A stretch of DNA of 64,000 nucleotides from the sequence record PZ445521.1. One strand, 5' to 3'. The DNA is from a phage. Positions 10,326 to 20,502 of the stretch are shown here, in pieces. The position numbers were made by a program, and so were the translations under genes. Numbering within the stretch: the first letter of the stretch is position 1; each line of letters starts with the position of its first letter. Under the pieces are notes generated by a model. The model had not been told where the DNA came from. It saw only the letters and a program-made list of their open reading frames with translations, and did not search any database.

Positions 10326-11528
10326 TTATTTTGTAATAATGTCAAACTGTTCTTTAAAGCAGAAGCTTGAATCTTGATGCTGATACAAAAATTCATATGC
10401 TTTTTCTCGCTCACGGTCATAAAGAGCTCGGTCAGATGACAGTTCTTTAATACGCTCGAATGTTGATTCCATGTCATTTTCATCAAACCAAATGATACCG
10501 CTATCATGCGAGGTCAAAGGAGTATTATCAACACGGAATTTTAAATTTTCGCCAGTAGATTTCCAAAATACCGGAATTGTTCCACATGCACCAAGCTCGA
10601 GATGAGTATATTCTAAAGAGCGCTGTAGATATTTTTTATCCAACTTACTCAACTGATAACCAAATCCGGATTTACTCATACGTTCAAGCATTTCGCTATT
10701 TACATAACGATCGAGAATTTGCGTTGGTAAATTAGGAGCAATTTTAATTTGGTCTACTTGATGAAGACGATAATACTCGTATGGAATTCCTTTTTCTTTA
10801 ATAGGAATGAACGCTGGAGAACGTTCCAGACCTTCCATAATAGTACTTAGTCCTGCAGGTTTAAGATGTTTTTCATGAAAATCAAACATCTGATAAAAAC
10901 CTTTCCATGTAGTCGTACGACCAATCCAACGATTGATATTCATGTTAATTTCAGAAACATCTTTCCAGTAGGTTGACCGAACCTTCGCAATATCCATAGG
11001 AGGCTGAAAGTTATATACTGTCGGTGCTTCTTCAATATCATCAAACAGAGAAACTGTTTCAGGATACCATTCTTTCATCAGAACTTTATTAAAATCACCA
11101 TTATCAGAATGGCTAAAAATAACATCAGCTCGACGAACAGTTTCTTCTAATCCCAAATTTCGGCGCAAAGAAAGAGAAGAATGGTCATGTTGATAAACTA
11201 CAACACGAACAGAAGGTTTAATGTTATCAATAATTTTTTTATAGTTATTAATAGTGTCTTCTTCAACCGAAGTAGCAGGAACTGAATTGATAATTAGAAT
11301 ATCACAATCATTTACCAGCTTAAGTGTTTTATCGTATTCTTTTGCCAATAAAACCGGAATTGAAAATGATTTATAATCATGCGCACAGTTACGAGTAAAT
11401 GATTTATCTTTGGCATAAACCAAAGTTACTTCATGACCATTTTTAATAAACCAATCACGTTGCTCAAGAGAAAATTTAGTTACACCGCAACCTTCAAGAC
11501 CTCGAGCCATAAAAATACATACTTTCAT
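10326..11528 (-). CDS. a-gt: DNA alpha-glucosyltransferase
   Basis: 400 aa, near-identical to recalled T4 AGT sequence (MKVCIFMARGLEGCGVTKFSLEQRDWF...). Confidence 0.9.
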   Translation of the reverse strand: MKVCIFMARGLEGCGVTKFSLEQRDWFIKNGHEVTLVYAKDKSFTRNCAHDYKSFSIPVLLAKEYDKTLKLVNDCDILIINSVPATSVEEDTINNYKKIIDNIKPSVRVVVYQHDHSSLSLRRNLGLEETVRRADVIFSHSDNGDFNKVLMKEWYPETVSLFDDIEEAPTVYNFQPPMDIAKVRSTYWKDVSEINMNINRWIGRTTTWKGFYQMFDFHEKHLKPAGLSTIMEGLERSPAFIPIKEKGIPYEYYRLHQVDQIKIAPNLPTQILDRYVNSEMLERMSKSGFGYQLSKLDKKYLQRSLEYTHLELGACGTIPVFWKSTGENLKFRVDNTPLTSHDSGIIWFDENDMESTFERIKELSSDRALYDREREKAYEFLYQHQDSSFCFKEQFDIITK

Positions 11529-11580
11529 TTAATATCCTCATTGTTTTGGTTTATTTTACCAAAAATTTATAAAGCAATAT

Positions 11581-11596
11581 AGGAGCCGAAGCTCCT
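11581..11596 (-). terminator. UUCG-tetraloop hairpin upstream of a-gt
   Basis: GGAGCCGAAGCTCC. Confidence 0.5.
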
Positions 11597-11771
11597 ATCC
11601 GCATAATACGCCATACAAAGGCTCATTAGAACTTCTAAATTTTATGCGCTTATATGTTATAGTTCCTTCTGCTTTAGCTTTATCATAAGACTCTTTAAAG
11701 AGTCTCATCATTTCCTCTTTAGAGGAACGAATTTTATTATAATCTATTTCAGAAGTCTGGGTGTTCATCTT

Positions 11772-11978
11772 TCATAACTGCCACCATTTTTTGACTTGAT
11801 AAGAATCAACCCACACTTTCATATTAGGGTCTGCTCTTACAATAGGAGGATTAACTTCTTTAATTGAACTATCATGGTATTCTTTTTCAGAAATTTTCAC
11901 ACAAAGATGACCATTCAAAGATTCAGTAAATCCTGCATTAATTTTAAGACGCTTGAATTTTACGCGTGTAAGCATCAA
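11772..11978 (-). CDS. hypothetical protein
   Basis: 68 aa ORF in a-gt/55 intergenic block. Confidence 0.3.
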   Translation of the reverse strand: MMLTRVKFKRLKINAGFTESLNGHLCVKISEKEYHDSSIKEVNPPIVRADPNMKVWVDSYQVKKWWQL

Positions 11979-12261
11979 TCATATCCTCAATTTGCGATCT
12001 AGTAGTCTTCCAAAGAATACTGATGAGTTCATCGTTATATGGCTGTTTTAGAATATCCCGACTTTTCTTGATAGCATATTCGTATTGAGCAAAATTATTG
12101 TTTTCAGCTGCGATCTGAGCGTGCTTATAAAGACGATTCAGTTCGCGTTTGTTTTTAGACAATAACTTATTTGCTTTTCTTTCTGCTTCAAGACGGTTCT
12201 TTTCTTCAATAGAAGAAATAAGCTTTTCCACTTCATCATTAATTTCGGGTTTATCAGTCAT
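11944..12261 (-). CDS. hypothetical protein
   Basis: 105 aa helical ORF. Confidence 0.45.
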   Translation of the reverse strand: MTDKPEINDEVEKLISSIEEKNRLEAERKANKLLSKNKRELNRLYKHAQIAAENNNFAQYEYAIKKSRDILKQPYNDELISILWKTTRSQIEDMIDAYTRKIQAS

Positions 12262-12262
12262 A

Positions 12263-12481
12263 TTATTTCTCTAATATAAAATAAAAATCATCATCTGTTA
12301 AATGATACCTGTAATTTAATTCTACACCATTAGATTTAAAAGCGGTATCATACGGATTTTCTGGATCAATATCAATGTCAAGAGCTAAAACTTCCCTGAG
12401 ATACATTTTAAGTAAATAGGGAATAGCTTCAACTTCAGGTATTTCTTCCAAGAATCCGGAGAGGTTAATCGTTAGCCTCAT
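12263..12481 (-). CDS. hypothetical protein
   Basis: 72 aa ORF directly downstream of gp55. Confidence 0.4.
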
Positions 12482-13022
12482 ATAAAAAATCCAAACTAGG
12501 AGAATCGTCTACAACACTTTTCTTTTCAGCCCCCGGTGTTCTATAGGTTGATTCTTCGTAATGCGTCATTTTATCATAGATGTCTTGAATAAAAGTTTCA
12601 TCTACTAACGCAACCATATCGTCGTCACGACTGTCATAGACATTGTGAACGAAGTAACTATATTTCTTTGCAACTTCCTTACGTTCTTTTTTAATACGTT
12701 GGACGAATGCATTAAAACAAGCTTGAGTTATATATGCATGTGGGTTTTTATATTTCGTTTCATCAAAATTATGAAGCCCCTTAATAGAAGCTTCTATACC
12801 ATCTGCAATCATTTCTTGTTTCCAAGACTGGGTGTATCCTGAAAAGTTGAAACGTTTAGATAAGCCTTCTGCAATAAGCATAATGGCTAATCCAATAGTA
12901 TCATTTTGACGAACTACTTTATTTGGGTCTTTATTATTTGCTAATTCTGTTTTCCAATCAATAATAGCTTGTAAAAGCTCTTTATTGTTTACGTAATTAT
13001 ATTTAGGCTTAGTTTCTGACAT
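12465..13022 (-). CDS. 55: late-transcription sigma factor gp55
   Basis: track start 13028 is GTG; ATG at 13022 gives 185 aa as in T4 gp55. Confidence 0.9.
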
Positions 13023-13100
13023 TTTCACCTCTTAGCTCAATTCATAGATCTATTATATCATAATATTTGAAGATCTATCTTAAAGCATAGAGGATATCAG

Positions 13101-13370
13101 TTATCTAAGTAAACAGTATGCTTGGAATACTTTTTCCATCATCTTTTTAAATTCATGAATATCTATATAATGACTAGTTAAATCAGCATGATATAAAAAG
13201 TCTAAAAACTTTTCATGTGTACTAACATATTCACTTTCATTTAATTCAGAAACATGACTTTCCCAATATCCAACACCAGTTTTATTTGGGAAAAATGAAA
13301 TTTTCATGTATTGGTCAACATAGAAAATGCCATAATTTTCAATAGTAATAGAAATATTAATAAATTTCAT
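13101..13370 (-). CDS. hypothetical protein
   Basis: 89 aa ORF. Confidence 0.4.
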   Translation of the reverse strand: MKFINISITIENYGIFYVDQYMKISFFPNKTGVGYWESHVSELNESEYVSTHEKFLDFLYHADLTSHYIDIHEFKKMMEKVFQAYCLLR

Positions 13371-13582
13371 ACATTCATCAACTTAGCCGCTTCAAGAGCT
13401 GCATCTAGTGAATCAAATTGGTCAACATATTCAATCAATTCGCCATAATTGGCATATAACCACCATTGGCTAAATTCATACTCAAGGATGAATCCATTTC
13501 CTTCAATTTGAGTTAAACCATTGCCGTTTGTATTTACTTCATATCCGGCAAGACGCAAATCGTTAATAAGAGCTTCGTTCAT
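13367..13582 (-). CDS. hypothetical protein
   Basis: 71 aa acidic ORF, ATGA coupling to downstream gene. Confidence 0.4.
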   Translation of the reverse strand: MNEALINDLRLAGYEVNTNGNGLTQIEGNGFILEYEFSQWWLYANYGELIEYVDQFDSLDAALEAAKLMNV

Positions 13583-13584
13583 AA

Positions 13585-13911
13585 TTATACCTTAGTAATT
13601 TTCAGGTCTGCAAATTTTTTCTTGCGTTGATTTTTCATGCGACGAATAGTTTTATCGGAAATTTCATGCTTTTGATAAGCTTTAGATTCTACACCAAAAG
13701 CTTTAACATCAAATTCTGACAAGATATATTGAACCAACAATTCACGGACAGTATTGCGTCCAATCTTCTGATCATTCTGTTTCATCGTCTGATGAAGCTC
13801 TTTTTCCCATTTATCCAAAATTTGAGGAGTTACAATATCGCCTTTTTCTAGCAAAGAAACTACTTTATCATATGCGTAAGAATTAATGACGTTTTTAATT
13901 TGAATAGTCAT
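13585..13911 (-). CDS. hypothetical protein
   Basis: 108 aa ORF. Confidence 0.45.
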   Translation of the reverse strand: MTIQIKNVINSYAYDKVVSLLEKGDIVTPQILDKWEKELHQTMKQNDQKIGRNTVRELLVQYILSEFDVKAFGVESKAYQKHEISDKTIRRMKNQRKKKFADLKITKV

Positions 13912-13950
13912 ACATTATCCTCAATTACGTTAAAATTTTATTATCCAAAA

Positions 13951-13965
13951 AGGGCCGAAGCCCTT
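13951..13965 (-). terminator. UUCG-tetraloop hairpin
   Basis: GGGCCGAAGCCC. Confidence 0.55.
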
Positions 13966-14164
13966 AGCTAAACTTTTTGGCACCCTTCCAGCCTTCATAC
14001 ATCATTGCGGCTGATATTAATATTGCTCCTGAGCAACTTGAATATTTGTGATTCCAAAACCAGTTTAGAAAAACTTCATCATCAATACCTTGGGCTATCA
14101 TATTTTCAAAGAACTGACGACGAGATTCGGCAATTCGTTGTGATAATTTAGATTCAGGATTCAT
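13964..14164 (-). CDS. hypothetical protein
   Basis: 66 aa ORF bounded by UUCG hairpin. Confidence 0.35.
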   Translation of the reverse strand: MNPESKLSQRIAESRRQFFENMIAQGIDDEVFLNWFWNHKYSSCSGAILISAAMMYEGWKGAKKFS

Positions 14165-14303
14165 TTAAATTTTCCAGTTACCATTTTCATCAATAAATTT
14201 AATCCAGTCATTTACTGACCACTTAGTTGTATCGCCTTTTGGAGTAACATTTAAAGTGTATAACCCCTGCTTAAAAAGCATTCGTTTAATATTCATATTT
14301 TCC

Positions 14304-14594
14304 TCAGCTGTAACGATAACATTCGTTTGATTTGCGCTTAGCAACCCATTGAGATGTATTATAATCAAAATCATCGTCAATGTAAACTGATTTTTTCAAC
14401 TTTCTTACTTCACCACGCAGTTGACGATTCAATTCATTCTTAACCTCTGAATCAACACCTCGCATACGTCGCCATTTATCTGAACGAAAAATGTTTTCAA
14501 CCATATCTTTATGACTTACCCCATCAGGAGCTTTACGCTTTCCGAAATAGTCATAATCACGCACTTTTAAGTCTTTACGACGATACGTTTTACC
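14304..14594 (-). CDS. hypothetical basic protein
   Basis: track ORF 14304..14636 trimmed to MGKTYRRKDLK...; Arg/Lys rich. Confidence 0.4.
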   Translation of the reverse strand, partial: GKTYRRKDLKVRDYDYFGKRKAPDGVSHKDMVENIFRSDKWRRMRGVDSEVKNELNRQLRGEVRKLKKSVYIDDDFDYNTSQWVAKRKSNECYRYS

Positions 14595-14772
14595 CATGGA
14601 GTTTAATTTCCTTAGCAACTGAACTAAATGCAGCACGATCGCAAATCATGCGTTTATGTAACTTGAGTATAATATAGCAAACTTCAAAACTATTTACATG
14701 AGTAACACGAACAGCATTACCATTAATGAGATAATACTGTCCCTTTTTAATTTCTTTATCAACCATAACCAT
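14590..14772 (-). CDS. hypothetical protein
   Basis: 60 aa ORF immediately downstream of early promoter at ~14795-14845. Confidence 0.35.
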   Translation of the reverse strand: MVMVDKEIKKGQYYLINGNAVRVTHVNSFEVCYIILKLHKRMICDRAAFSSVAKEIKLHG

Positions 14773-14794
14773 ATCAATTCCTCAAAGGTAATTC

Positions 14795-14845
14795 ATATGT
14801 TAATAATACCACGGTTTGAACTTGTTGTAAACAACTTTGTGAAAA
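14795..14845 (-). promoter_or_regulatory. T4-type early promoter
   Basis: GTTTACA, 17 bp, TATTAT. Confidence 0.6.
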
Positions 14846-14913
14846 ATATTTTAGGGAATGATAAGAAAGGAACGATAGCTTAGAATGGTAATATACAGAA
14901 TGTGAGAAAGAAA

Positions 14914-14927
14914 GGCCCAGAGGGCCC
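14914..14927 (-). terminator. GC hairpin downstream of nrdH
   Basis: GGCCC-AGA-GGGCC. Confidence 0.4.
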
Positions 14928-14930
14928 GTC

Positions 14931-15254
14931 TTAATCTTCTATGATATCTCTATCATATCCAAGTGAAATGAGAGTTTCTTTGAAGTGTTTAATGTTCTTT
15001 TGTCTAGAATCATTAATGAAAATGACTGGATAACGAATGTTAAGAGATGTGAATCCAGCGCGTTTAGCAAGAGATACAATCAGTGGACGATCATACTCAA
15101 TCTTACCATTATTAGTAAGAACTTTATAAAAAGTAAAAGGAGCATTGAGCTCCTTTAGAAGTTTTGTAACTGATTGACATCCAGGACAACGACCTACTTC
15201 ATCTGGAATTCCATAGACTTCAATCTTATTCTTTAAGTTCGAGTTTTGTTCCAC
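14931..15254 (-). CDS. nrdH: glutaredoxin-like NrdH
   Basis: CPGC redox motif (RCPGCQS); start uncertain, probably GTG with AGGAA RBS; hydrophobic N-terminal part of track ORF judged non-coding. Confidence 0.65.
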   Translation of the reverse strand: MEQNSNLKNKIEVYGIPDEVGRCPGCQSVTKLLKELNAPFTFYKVLTNNGKIEYDRPLIVSLAKRAGFTSLNIRYPVIFINDSRQKNIKHFKETLISLGYDRDIIED

Positions 15255-15537
15255 GAGAAATAATTCCTTGGTAAGCCCAATAAGGAGGATTAACAGAATC
15301 CTCACCAGAGTTTTCTTCAGGAAAATAAACCTGGATAACGAAGCCGGATTCATCAAAGGTAAAATAAACCGTAGGCAGTTCACCTAACAATTCGGCACGA
15401 GCATTAATTTCTTCGAGATCTCGTTCACGTCCAGCCCAAAAACTAGGATTTAGACTACATTCGTAAAAATAATAGTCATTACCGAACATATCAAAACCCT
15501 TCCAACTCTCTACCACATACCGCTCAAAACTAATCAT
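15226..15537 (-). CDS. hypothetical protein
   Basis: 103 aa ORF. Confidence 0.45.
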   Translation of the reverse strand: MISFERYVVESWKGFDMFGNDYYFYECSLNPSFWAGRERDLEEINARAELLGELPTVYFTFDESGFVIQVYFPEENSGEDSVNPPYWAYQGIISRGTKLELKE

Positions 15538-15539
15538 AA

Positions 15540-15755
15540 TTAAGCCTTTTTATCAAGAACAGAATTCAGCTTGTTAGTAATTTTATCCAGACGCTCATTG
15601 AACTCACTAGAAGATAAGCCCTTTTCTGGAGAAATCAAACTAATCACGAAAAATATAGCAATAAAAGGAATAAGGAAAATAGCTCCAACTGCCATAAACA
15701 GAAAGAATGTTACAGTTGTAAGAAAATCAGCTAAACCTTTACGAAATTTATACAT
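15540..15755 (-). CDS. small membrane protein
   Basis: 71 aa with long hydrophobic segment. Confidence 0.45.
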   Translation of the reverse strand: MYKFRKGLADFLTTVTFFLFMAVGAIFLIPFIAIFFVISLISPEKGLSSSEFNERLDKITNKLNSVLDKKA

Positions 15756-15870
15756 ATTTTACCCTTAATTGATTAACCAAGCATTGATAAGCACTAAACT
15801 ATATTGCGAATAAAATTCTGGACCAAAATGAAAAATCATATCATTTATAGTATCCATAATGTAATTCAAT

Positions 15871-16341
15871 TTAATCATGTGTCCACACCCCATCGGTATT
15901 TGACCAAAGTCGCTGATTATCTGATCCTCGCCACAGCTTTTTAGTCGGAAGATTTTTCTCATACTTCCCATCAATAATAACATCAACATATTTAAGCATT
16001 TCTAGTTGTTTAATATCTTCAAACTTATATCCTGTCCACAACCAAATGCTTTTATTGGGATAAAGATTTTTAATAGTTTGAACCACAGAGTGAATCACGT
16101 CTCTGTTATCAGGATAAAGAGGGTCACCTCCGGTTATAGTCAATCCTTCTATATAATCATTATTCAAACATTCAATTAATTGTTCTAGTGTTTCACCAGT
16201 GAATGGAACACCATTTCTAGCATTCCATGTTGATTTATTATAACACCCTTCGCATTTATGCAAACAACCTGTAACGAAAAGAACGACCCTGCATCCAGGG
16301 CCATTCACAAAATCACAGGGATAAAATCTATCGTAATTCAT
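15871..16341 (-). CDS. nrdG: anaerobic ribonucleotide reductase activase NrdG (radical SAM)
   Basis: 156 aa; Cys cluster ...TGCLHKCEGC... Confidence 0.9.
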   Translation of the reverse strand: MNYDRFYPCDFVNGPGCRVVLFVTGCLHKCEGCYNKSTWNARNGVPFTGETLEQLIECLNNDYIEGLTITGGDPLYPDNRDVIHSVVQTIKNLYPNKSIWLWTGYKFEDIKQLEMLKYVDVIIDGKYEKNLPTKKLWRGSDNQRLWSNTDGVWTHD

Positions 16342-18155
16342 TGGTGTTTAACCCTATGCATGATTTCTTTATTTTTACCGAGATTAAATCCGCGTTCGTT
16401 CGGATTTCCCAAATAACCACATGTTCTTCTTATTGTGTTCATCTTTTTAGGATCAGTTTCTCCACAAATAGAACAAACAAATCCGTTTTCAGTAGGAGTC
16501 ATTTCATGGGTACTTCCGCATGTAAAACATTTATCTACTGGCATATTAACACCAAAATAATCTAAATGTTGTGCAGCATAATCCCATACGGCCTCAAGAC
16601 CTTTTAGGTTATTTTTCATATCAGGAAGTTCAACATAAGAAATGTGGCCGCCTGTCGCAATGAAATGATATGGTGCTTCGCGAGAAATCTTTTCAAACGG
16701 AGTAATATTTTCTTCTACTGAAACATGGAAACTGTTAGTGTACCAGCCTTTATCAGTAACATCCTTTACACTTCCATATTTTTCTGTATCAAGTTTACAG
16801 AAGCGATAACAAAGGTTTTCAGCAGGAGTCGAATATAAACTAAAAGCAAATCCGGTTCTTTCAGTCCACTGCTTAAGATGAGCATTCATTTTAGTTAAAA
16901 TTTCTTGTCCAATATCACGACCGACAAGAATATTTAATTCGTGAATACCAATGTATCCTAGAGACACTGAACTTCTACCGTTTTTAAATAACTCAATTAT
17001 ATCGTCATCGGGTTTAAGACGAACCCCGAATGCACCTTCTTGGTAAAGAATAGGAGCAACAGTCGCTTTAACTCCTTTTAAGGAACTAATTCTACACATC
17101 AAAGCTTCAAAACACAGATCCATTCGTTCATTAAATAGCTCAACAAATTTCTGCTCATTGAATTGAGTTCCAATATAAGAATCTAATGCGATACGAGGAA
17201 GATTCAGTGTTACAACACCGAGATTATTACGTCCATCAAGAATTTCATTACCGGTTGAATCTTTCCACACACTCAAAAAACTGCGGCAACCCATTGGAGA
17301 AACAGGAATAGATGAGCCGGTGATAGCTTTATTGTTCTTAGCTGAAATAATATCAGGATACATTCTTTTGCTTGCGCACTCTAGAGCAAGCTGTTTAATA
17401 TCATAGTTCGGATCGTCTTTATAAAGATTAACACCTTCTTCAACAAACATAACAAGCTTAGGGAAAATAGGAGTTATCCCATCACGACCAAGACCTTTAA
17501 TACGATTTTTCAGAATTGCTTTCTGAATCATTCGTTCAGTCCAGTCAGTTCCTGTACCAAATGTAATTGTTACAAAAGGTGTTTGTCCGTTTGAACTAAA
17601 GAGAGTATTTACTTCATATTCATAAGCTTGGAATGCATCGTATACATCTTTTTCTGTTTTAGATTGAGCATAATTCAACGCATCAGCGATTTGCCATTTT
17701 TCTGCATCCTCAATATGTTTTGCATAGGTGCGTTTAACATAAGGAGAAAGTACTTTATCTACATTCGCAAAAGTCGTTCCGCCGTATTGGTGAGAAGCAA
17801 CTTGCGCAGTAATTTGCGCCATAATTGCAGTAGCAACTCCAATTGATTTAGGAGTTTCAATCTGTGCATTACCTAGCTTAAATCCGTTTTCAAGCATTCC
17901 TTTTAAATCTACTAAACAACAATTAGTAAATGGAAGAGCAGGGGAATAATCAATATCGTGGAAATGGATAATTCCGCTTTCATGCGCTTTCATAATAAAA
18001 GACGGGACCATATTTTTGGCAATGTGTTTAGACACAATACCAGCCATAAGGTCCCGTTGAGTTGGAAAAACACGAGAATCTTTATTAGCATTCTCGTTCA
18101 AAAGGTCTTTATTAGTTTTATGAATCAATCCTTCAATTTCTTTTTCAATTGTCAT
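16338..18155 (-). CDS. nrdD: anaerobic ribonucleoside-triphosphate reductase NrdD, uninterrupted
   Basis: 605 aa continuous ORF; C-terminal glycyl-radical motif RTCGYLG and Zn ribbon CFTCG...CSICG. Confidence 0.95.
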   Translation of the reverse strand: MTIEKEIEGLIHKTNKDLLNENANKDSRVFPTQRDLMAGIVSKHIAKNMVPSFIMKAHESGIIHFHDIDYSPALPFTNCCLVDLKGMLENGFKLGNAQIETPKSIGVATAIMAQITAQVASHQYGGTTFANVDKVLSPYVKRTYAKHIEDAEKWQIADALNYAQSKTEKDVYDAFQAYEYEVNTLFSSNGQTPFVTITFGTGTDWTERMIQKAILKNRIKGLGRDGITPIFPKLVMFVEEGVNLYKDDPNYDIKQLALECASKRMYPDIISAKNNKAITGSSIPVSPMGCRSFLSVWKDSTGNEILDGRNNLGVVTLNLPRIALDSYIGTQFNEQKFVELFNERMDLCFEALMCRISSLKGVKATVAPILYQEGAFGVRLKPDDDIIELFKNGRSSVSLGYIGIHELNILVGRDIGQEILTKMNAHLKQWTERTGFAFSLYSTPAENLCYRFCKLDTEKYGSVKDVTDKGWYTNSFHVSVEENITPFEKISREAPYHFIATGGHISYVELPDMKNNLKGLEAVWDYAAQHLDYFGVNMPVDKCFTCGSTHEMTPTENGFVCSICGETDPKKMNTIRRTCGYLGNPNERGFNLGKNKEIMHRVKHQ

Positions 18156-18625
18156 TTTAAACTCTTTCTAAGCTGCTTCTTGAATGAAGCTATTAATTGT
18201 GTTTTGGTGTCAGATTCATTATATTCAAATCCTCTTTGAAGCATCTCGGCCATCATTTCCTCTTTTCCTAAACGAGAAAATTCCTTTGATTTATCTCCAA
18301 CGAAGTTAGGGTGAATATTATTTTGGGTGTAATCGGATTTTAAATAAGTAAGTAAATTTTCTAACCATTCAAGATAATCAACACCTTGTCCCTTTAAGCC
18401 AGAACGATTAAATTTATGCTTCATTTGACCTTCTGCGGCATTGCAGAGATTACAAAGCAATCCACGTACCTTTCCTGCTTTTGGTCCATTTAATTCATGG
18501 TCATGGTCGAGGTGATTAGCTTGAACGTCAGGATTTAGTTCTCGTTGGCAAATTAAGCATTTACCATTTTGTGCATCATAAAATTTCTGTTTTTCTTCTT
18601 TGTATAATTTGCCAGTCAATAACAT
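18152..18625 (-). CDS. 49: endonuclease VII (Holliday junction resolvase) gp49
   Basis: 157 aa; Zn-binding Cys/His (CLICQ, HLDHDHE, CNLCN). Confidence 0.9.
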   Translation of the reverse strand: MLLTGKLYKEEKQKFYDAQNGKCLICQRELNPDVQANHLDHDHELNGPKAGKVRGLLCNLCNAAEGQMKHKFNRSGLKGQGVDYLEWLENLLTYLKSDYTQNNIHPNFVGDKSKEFSRLGKEEMMAEMLQRGFEYNESDTKTQLIASFKKQLRKSLK

Positions 18626-18667
18626 AATAAAACCCTTACCTTAAATAGATAAGGGTATTTATTATTT

Positions 18668-19153
18668 TCAAGTATTGTAAAACATTTGATTCAATCGCTT
18701 ATATTGCCGAATCTTTTGGTCAGAAAAAGAAATTTGGGTTTCAAGCCATTCAATATATTCTGCCGCAGCTTGCATCAAATTTCCTTCATAGCCATCGTTA
18801 TTTTCTTGTGCAGCTAATTTAGCTAATGCGTATGAAATACGTTCACCTTGAAAATCGGCTTTAGGCTTCTGAACAACTTGATTAGTTCTCTCTACAACTT
18901 CTTCAATTTCGCCATTTTCTACTGATTCAGTATTCCACAAGCACCAATACGTAATTGGCTTATCGTAGATGTTAATAATCTTTCCATCAGAAAGTTCAAT
19001 TTCAATAATTCCAGTATCAGGTTCTATATCATCTTCACATTCTTTTGCAAGTTCACGAACTTTAAAGACAGTACCTGCACTAAGTTCCGGCCAGTAATTA
19101 CACAGCCCTGTATCAGCACGATTAATTCTAAACCACTTATCTACTGTAATCAT
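18668..19153 (-). CDS. pin: putative protease inhibitor Pin
   Basis: track start is TTG; ATG at 19153 gives 161 aa; position between 49 and nrdC as T4 pin. Confidence 0.55.
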   Translation of the reverse strand: MITVDKWFRINRADTGLCNYWPELSAGTVFKVRELAKECEDDIEPDTGIIEIELSDGKIINIYDKPITYWCLWNTESVENGEIEEVVERTNQVVQKPKADFQGERISYALAKLAAQENNDGYEGNLMQAAAEYIEWLETQISFSDQKIRQYKRLNQMFYNT

Positions 19154-19276
19154 GTCCCATCTCCATATCAATTAAGTCATTTATCGTTGGTTCATTATAT
19201 ACTGTTTCTTCATCAGTGTAAACCGGTTCTTCCGGCTCTGGCTCTACAGTTTCCCATCTAGCCGCCCACCAAGGTT

Positions 19277-19597
19277 TTATAGCGTAATCCATTCTCGTAC
19301 TGTCTGAGTTACTACACGTTCACGGGGCTCGACTAGTTCAACAGTCGGAACTGCATAATACCAATCAGAATGATAAGAACCTGACCGAGATTCATTTACA
19401 GCCACATGTACATTATGTTTTGGACTAAAGTAAACACACTGACGATATTGACATTTACCATCTTGCACCCAGTCTTCTATTTCGACAGGTTTAAGATAAT
19501 CGGAAAAATCGAAATCATAGTTTTCCGAAAATGCATCATGGTCTTCAATGATTTCGCTCAGAACTGCATCAACATCTAATTTATTTTCAATAGTCAT
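19277..19597 (-). CDS. hypothetical protein (49.1 position)
   Basis: 106 aa ORF. Confidence 0.45.
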   Translation of the reverse strand: MTIENKLDVDAVLSEIIEDHDAFSENYDFDFSDYLKPVEIEDWVQDGKCQYRQCVYFSPKHNVHVAVNESRSGSYHSDWYYAVPTVELVEPRERVVTQTVREWITL

Positions 19598-19607
19598 TTT
19601 TCACCAA

Positions 19608-19778
19608 TTAATTTCGCAATTTATTAAGTTCTTCATCATCAATCCAGGATTCTAATCCTGATGGCAGGTCACATTCAATTTCCCAAAGAAGTTCTTCAAT
19701 TTTATGAAGACGATCTAATTCTTCAACAGGAATAGTAACCATTGATGGAGCTCTTGCTGCACTAATATCGTATATCAT
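19608..19778 (-). CDS. hypothetical protein (49.2 position)
   Basis: track GTG start trimmed to ATG at 19778. Confidence 0.35.
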   Translation of the reverse strand: MIYDISAARAPSMVTIPVEELDRLHKIEELLWEIECDLPSGLESWIDDEELNKLRN

Positions 19779-19780
19779 AT

Positions 19781-19996
19781 TTACCCCAGTTTGACCATGC
19801 AATCGCCGTATTTCCACTTAGAAATAGACTTTTCACCATTAGAATAATAAACTTCGAGTTTAGCACGATTATTTTTAATTTGAATAACCTTGGCTGTCAT
19901 CAAAGTTCCATACCCATAATAAACTGCAACCTCATCACCTACATATACCGCGCTTCCGCGGTAATCATGGATATAATCAGTTCCTTCGAGAATCAT
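19781..19996 (-). CDS. hypothetical protein (49.3 position)
   Basis: 71 aa ORF. Confidence 0.4.
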   Translation of the reverse strand: MILEGTDYIHDYRGSAVYVGDEVAVYYGYGTLMTAKVIQIKNNRAKLEVYYSNGEKSISKWKYGDCMVKLG

Positions 19997-20256
19997 TTAA
20001 AGTATTCTCGCAATTGGTCAAATCCACCAATATGACTTCCATCAGGAGCAAATACCTGGGGCATTGTCAAGCCGATTTGAGTATCACGACCTAGTTTAGT
20101 CAGAAGCTCAGCGATTTTCTCATCATCAAAAACACCTTTTTCCGGCATAATGTTGATAAATTCAAACGGCTGTTTCTTCACGGTCAAAAGACGTTTTGCA
20201 TTATCGCAATACACACATTTATGAATGTTGCTATCATAACCATATACTTTAAACAT
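19993..20256 (-). CDS. nrdC: glutaredoxin/thioredoxin NrdC
   Basis: 87 aa; CVYC active site; matches T4 NrdC. Confidence 0.9.
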   Translation of the reverse strand: MFKVYGYDSNIHKCVYCDNAKRLLTVKKQPFEFINIMPEKGVFDDEKIAELLTKLGRDTQIGLTMPQVFAPDGSHIGGFDQLREYFK

Positions 20257-20257
20257 A

Positions 20258-20500
20258 TTATTCCTTAATTCCTAGTACTTGTTTAAAAGTCTCGTCGTAA
20301 TCAAGACTTTGGCCCGTTTGTTCTTTATGTTTGTATATAATATCACTTACTTCTGATAGCATATTTTTATATGAACGAGTTAAAGCAGATTTAAGCACGC
20401 TGTATCTATCAGGAAATTTACCGTGTTCATTATAATAAGCTATTGCTAATTCACGGACTGCCTTTTCAGCAGCCTCCATATATTCTTTACGCTTGGTCAT
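20258..20500 (-). CDS. hypothetical protein
   Basis: 80 aa ORF. Confidence 0.5.
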   Translation of the reverse strand: MTKRKEYMEAAEKAVRELAIAYYNEHGKFPDRYSVLKSALTRSYKNMLSEVSDIIYKHKEQTGQSLDYDETFKQVLGIKE

Positions 20501-20502
20501 TT

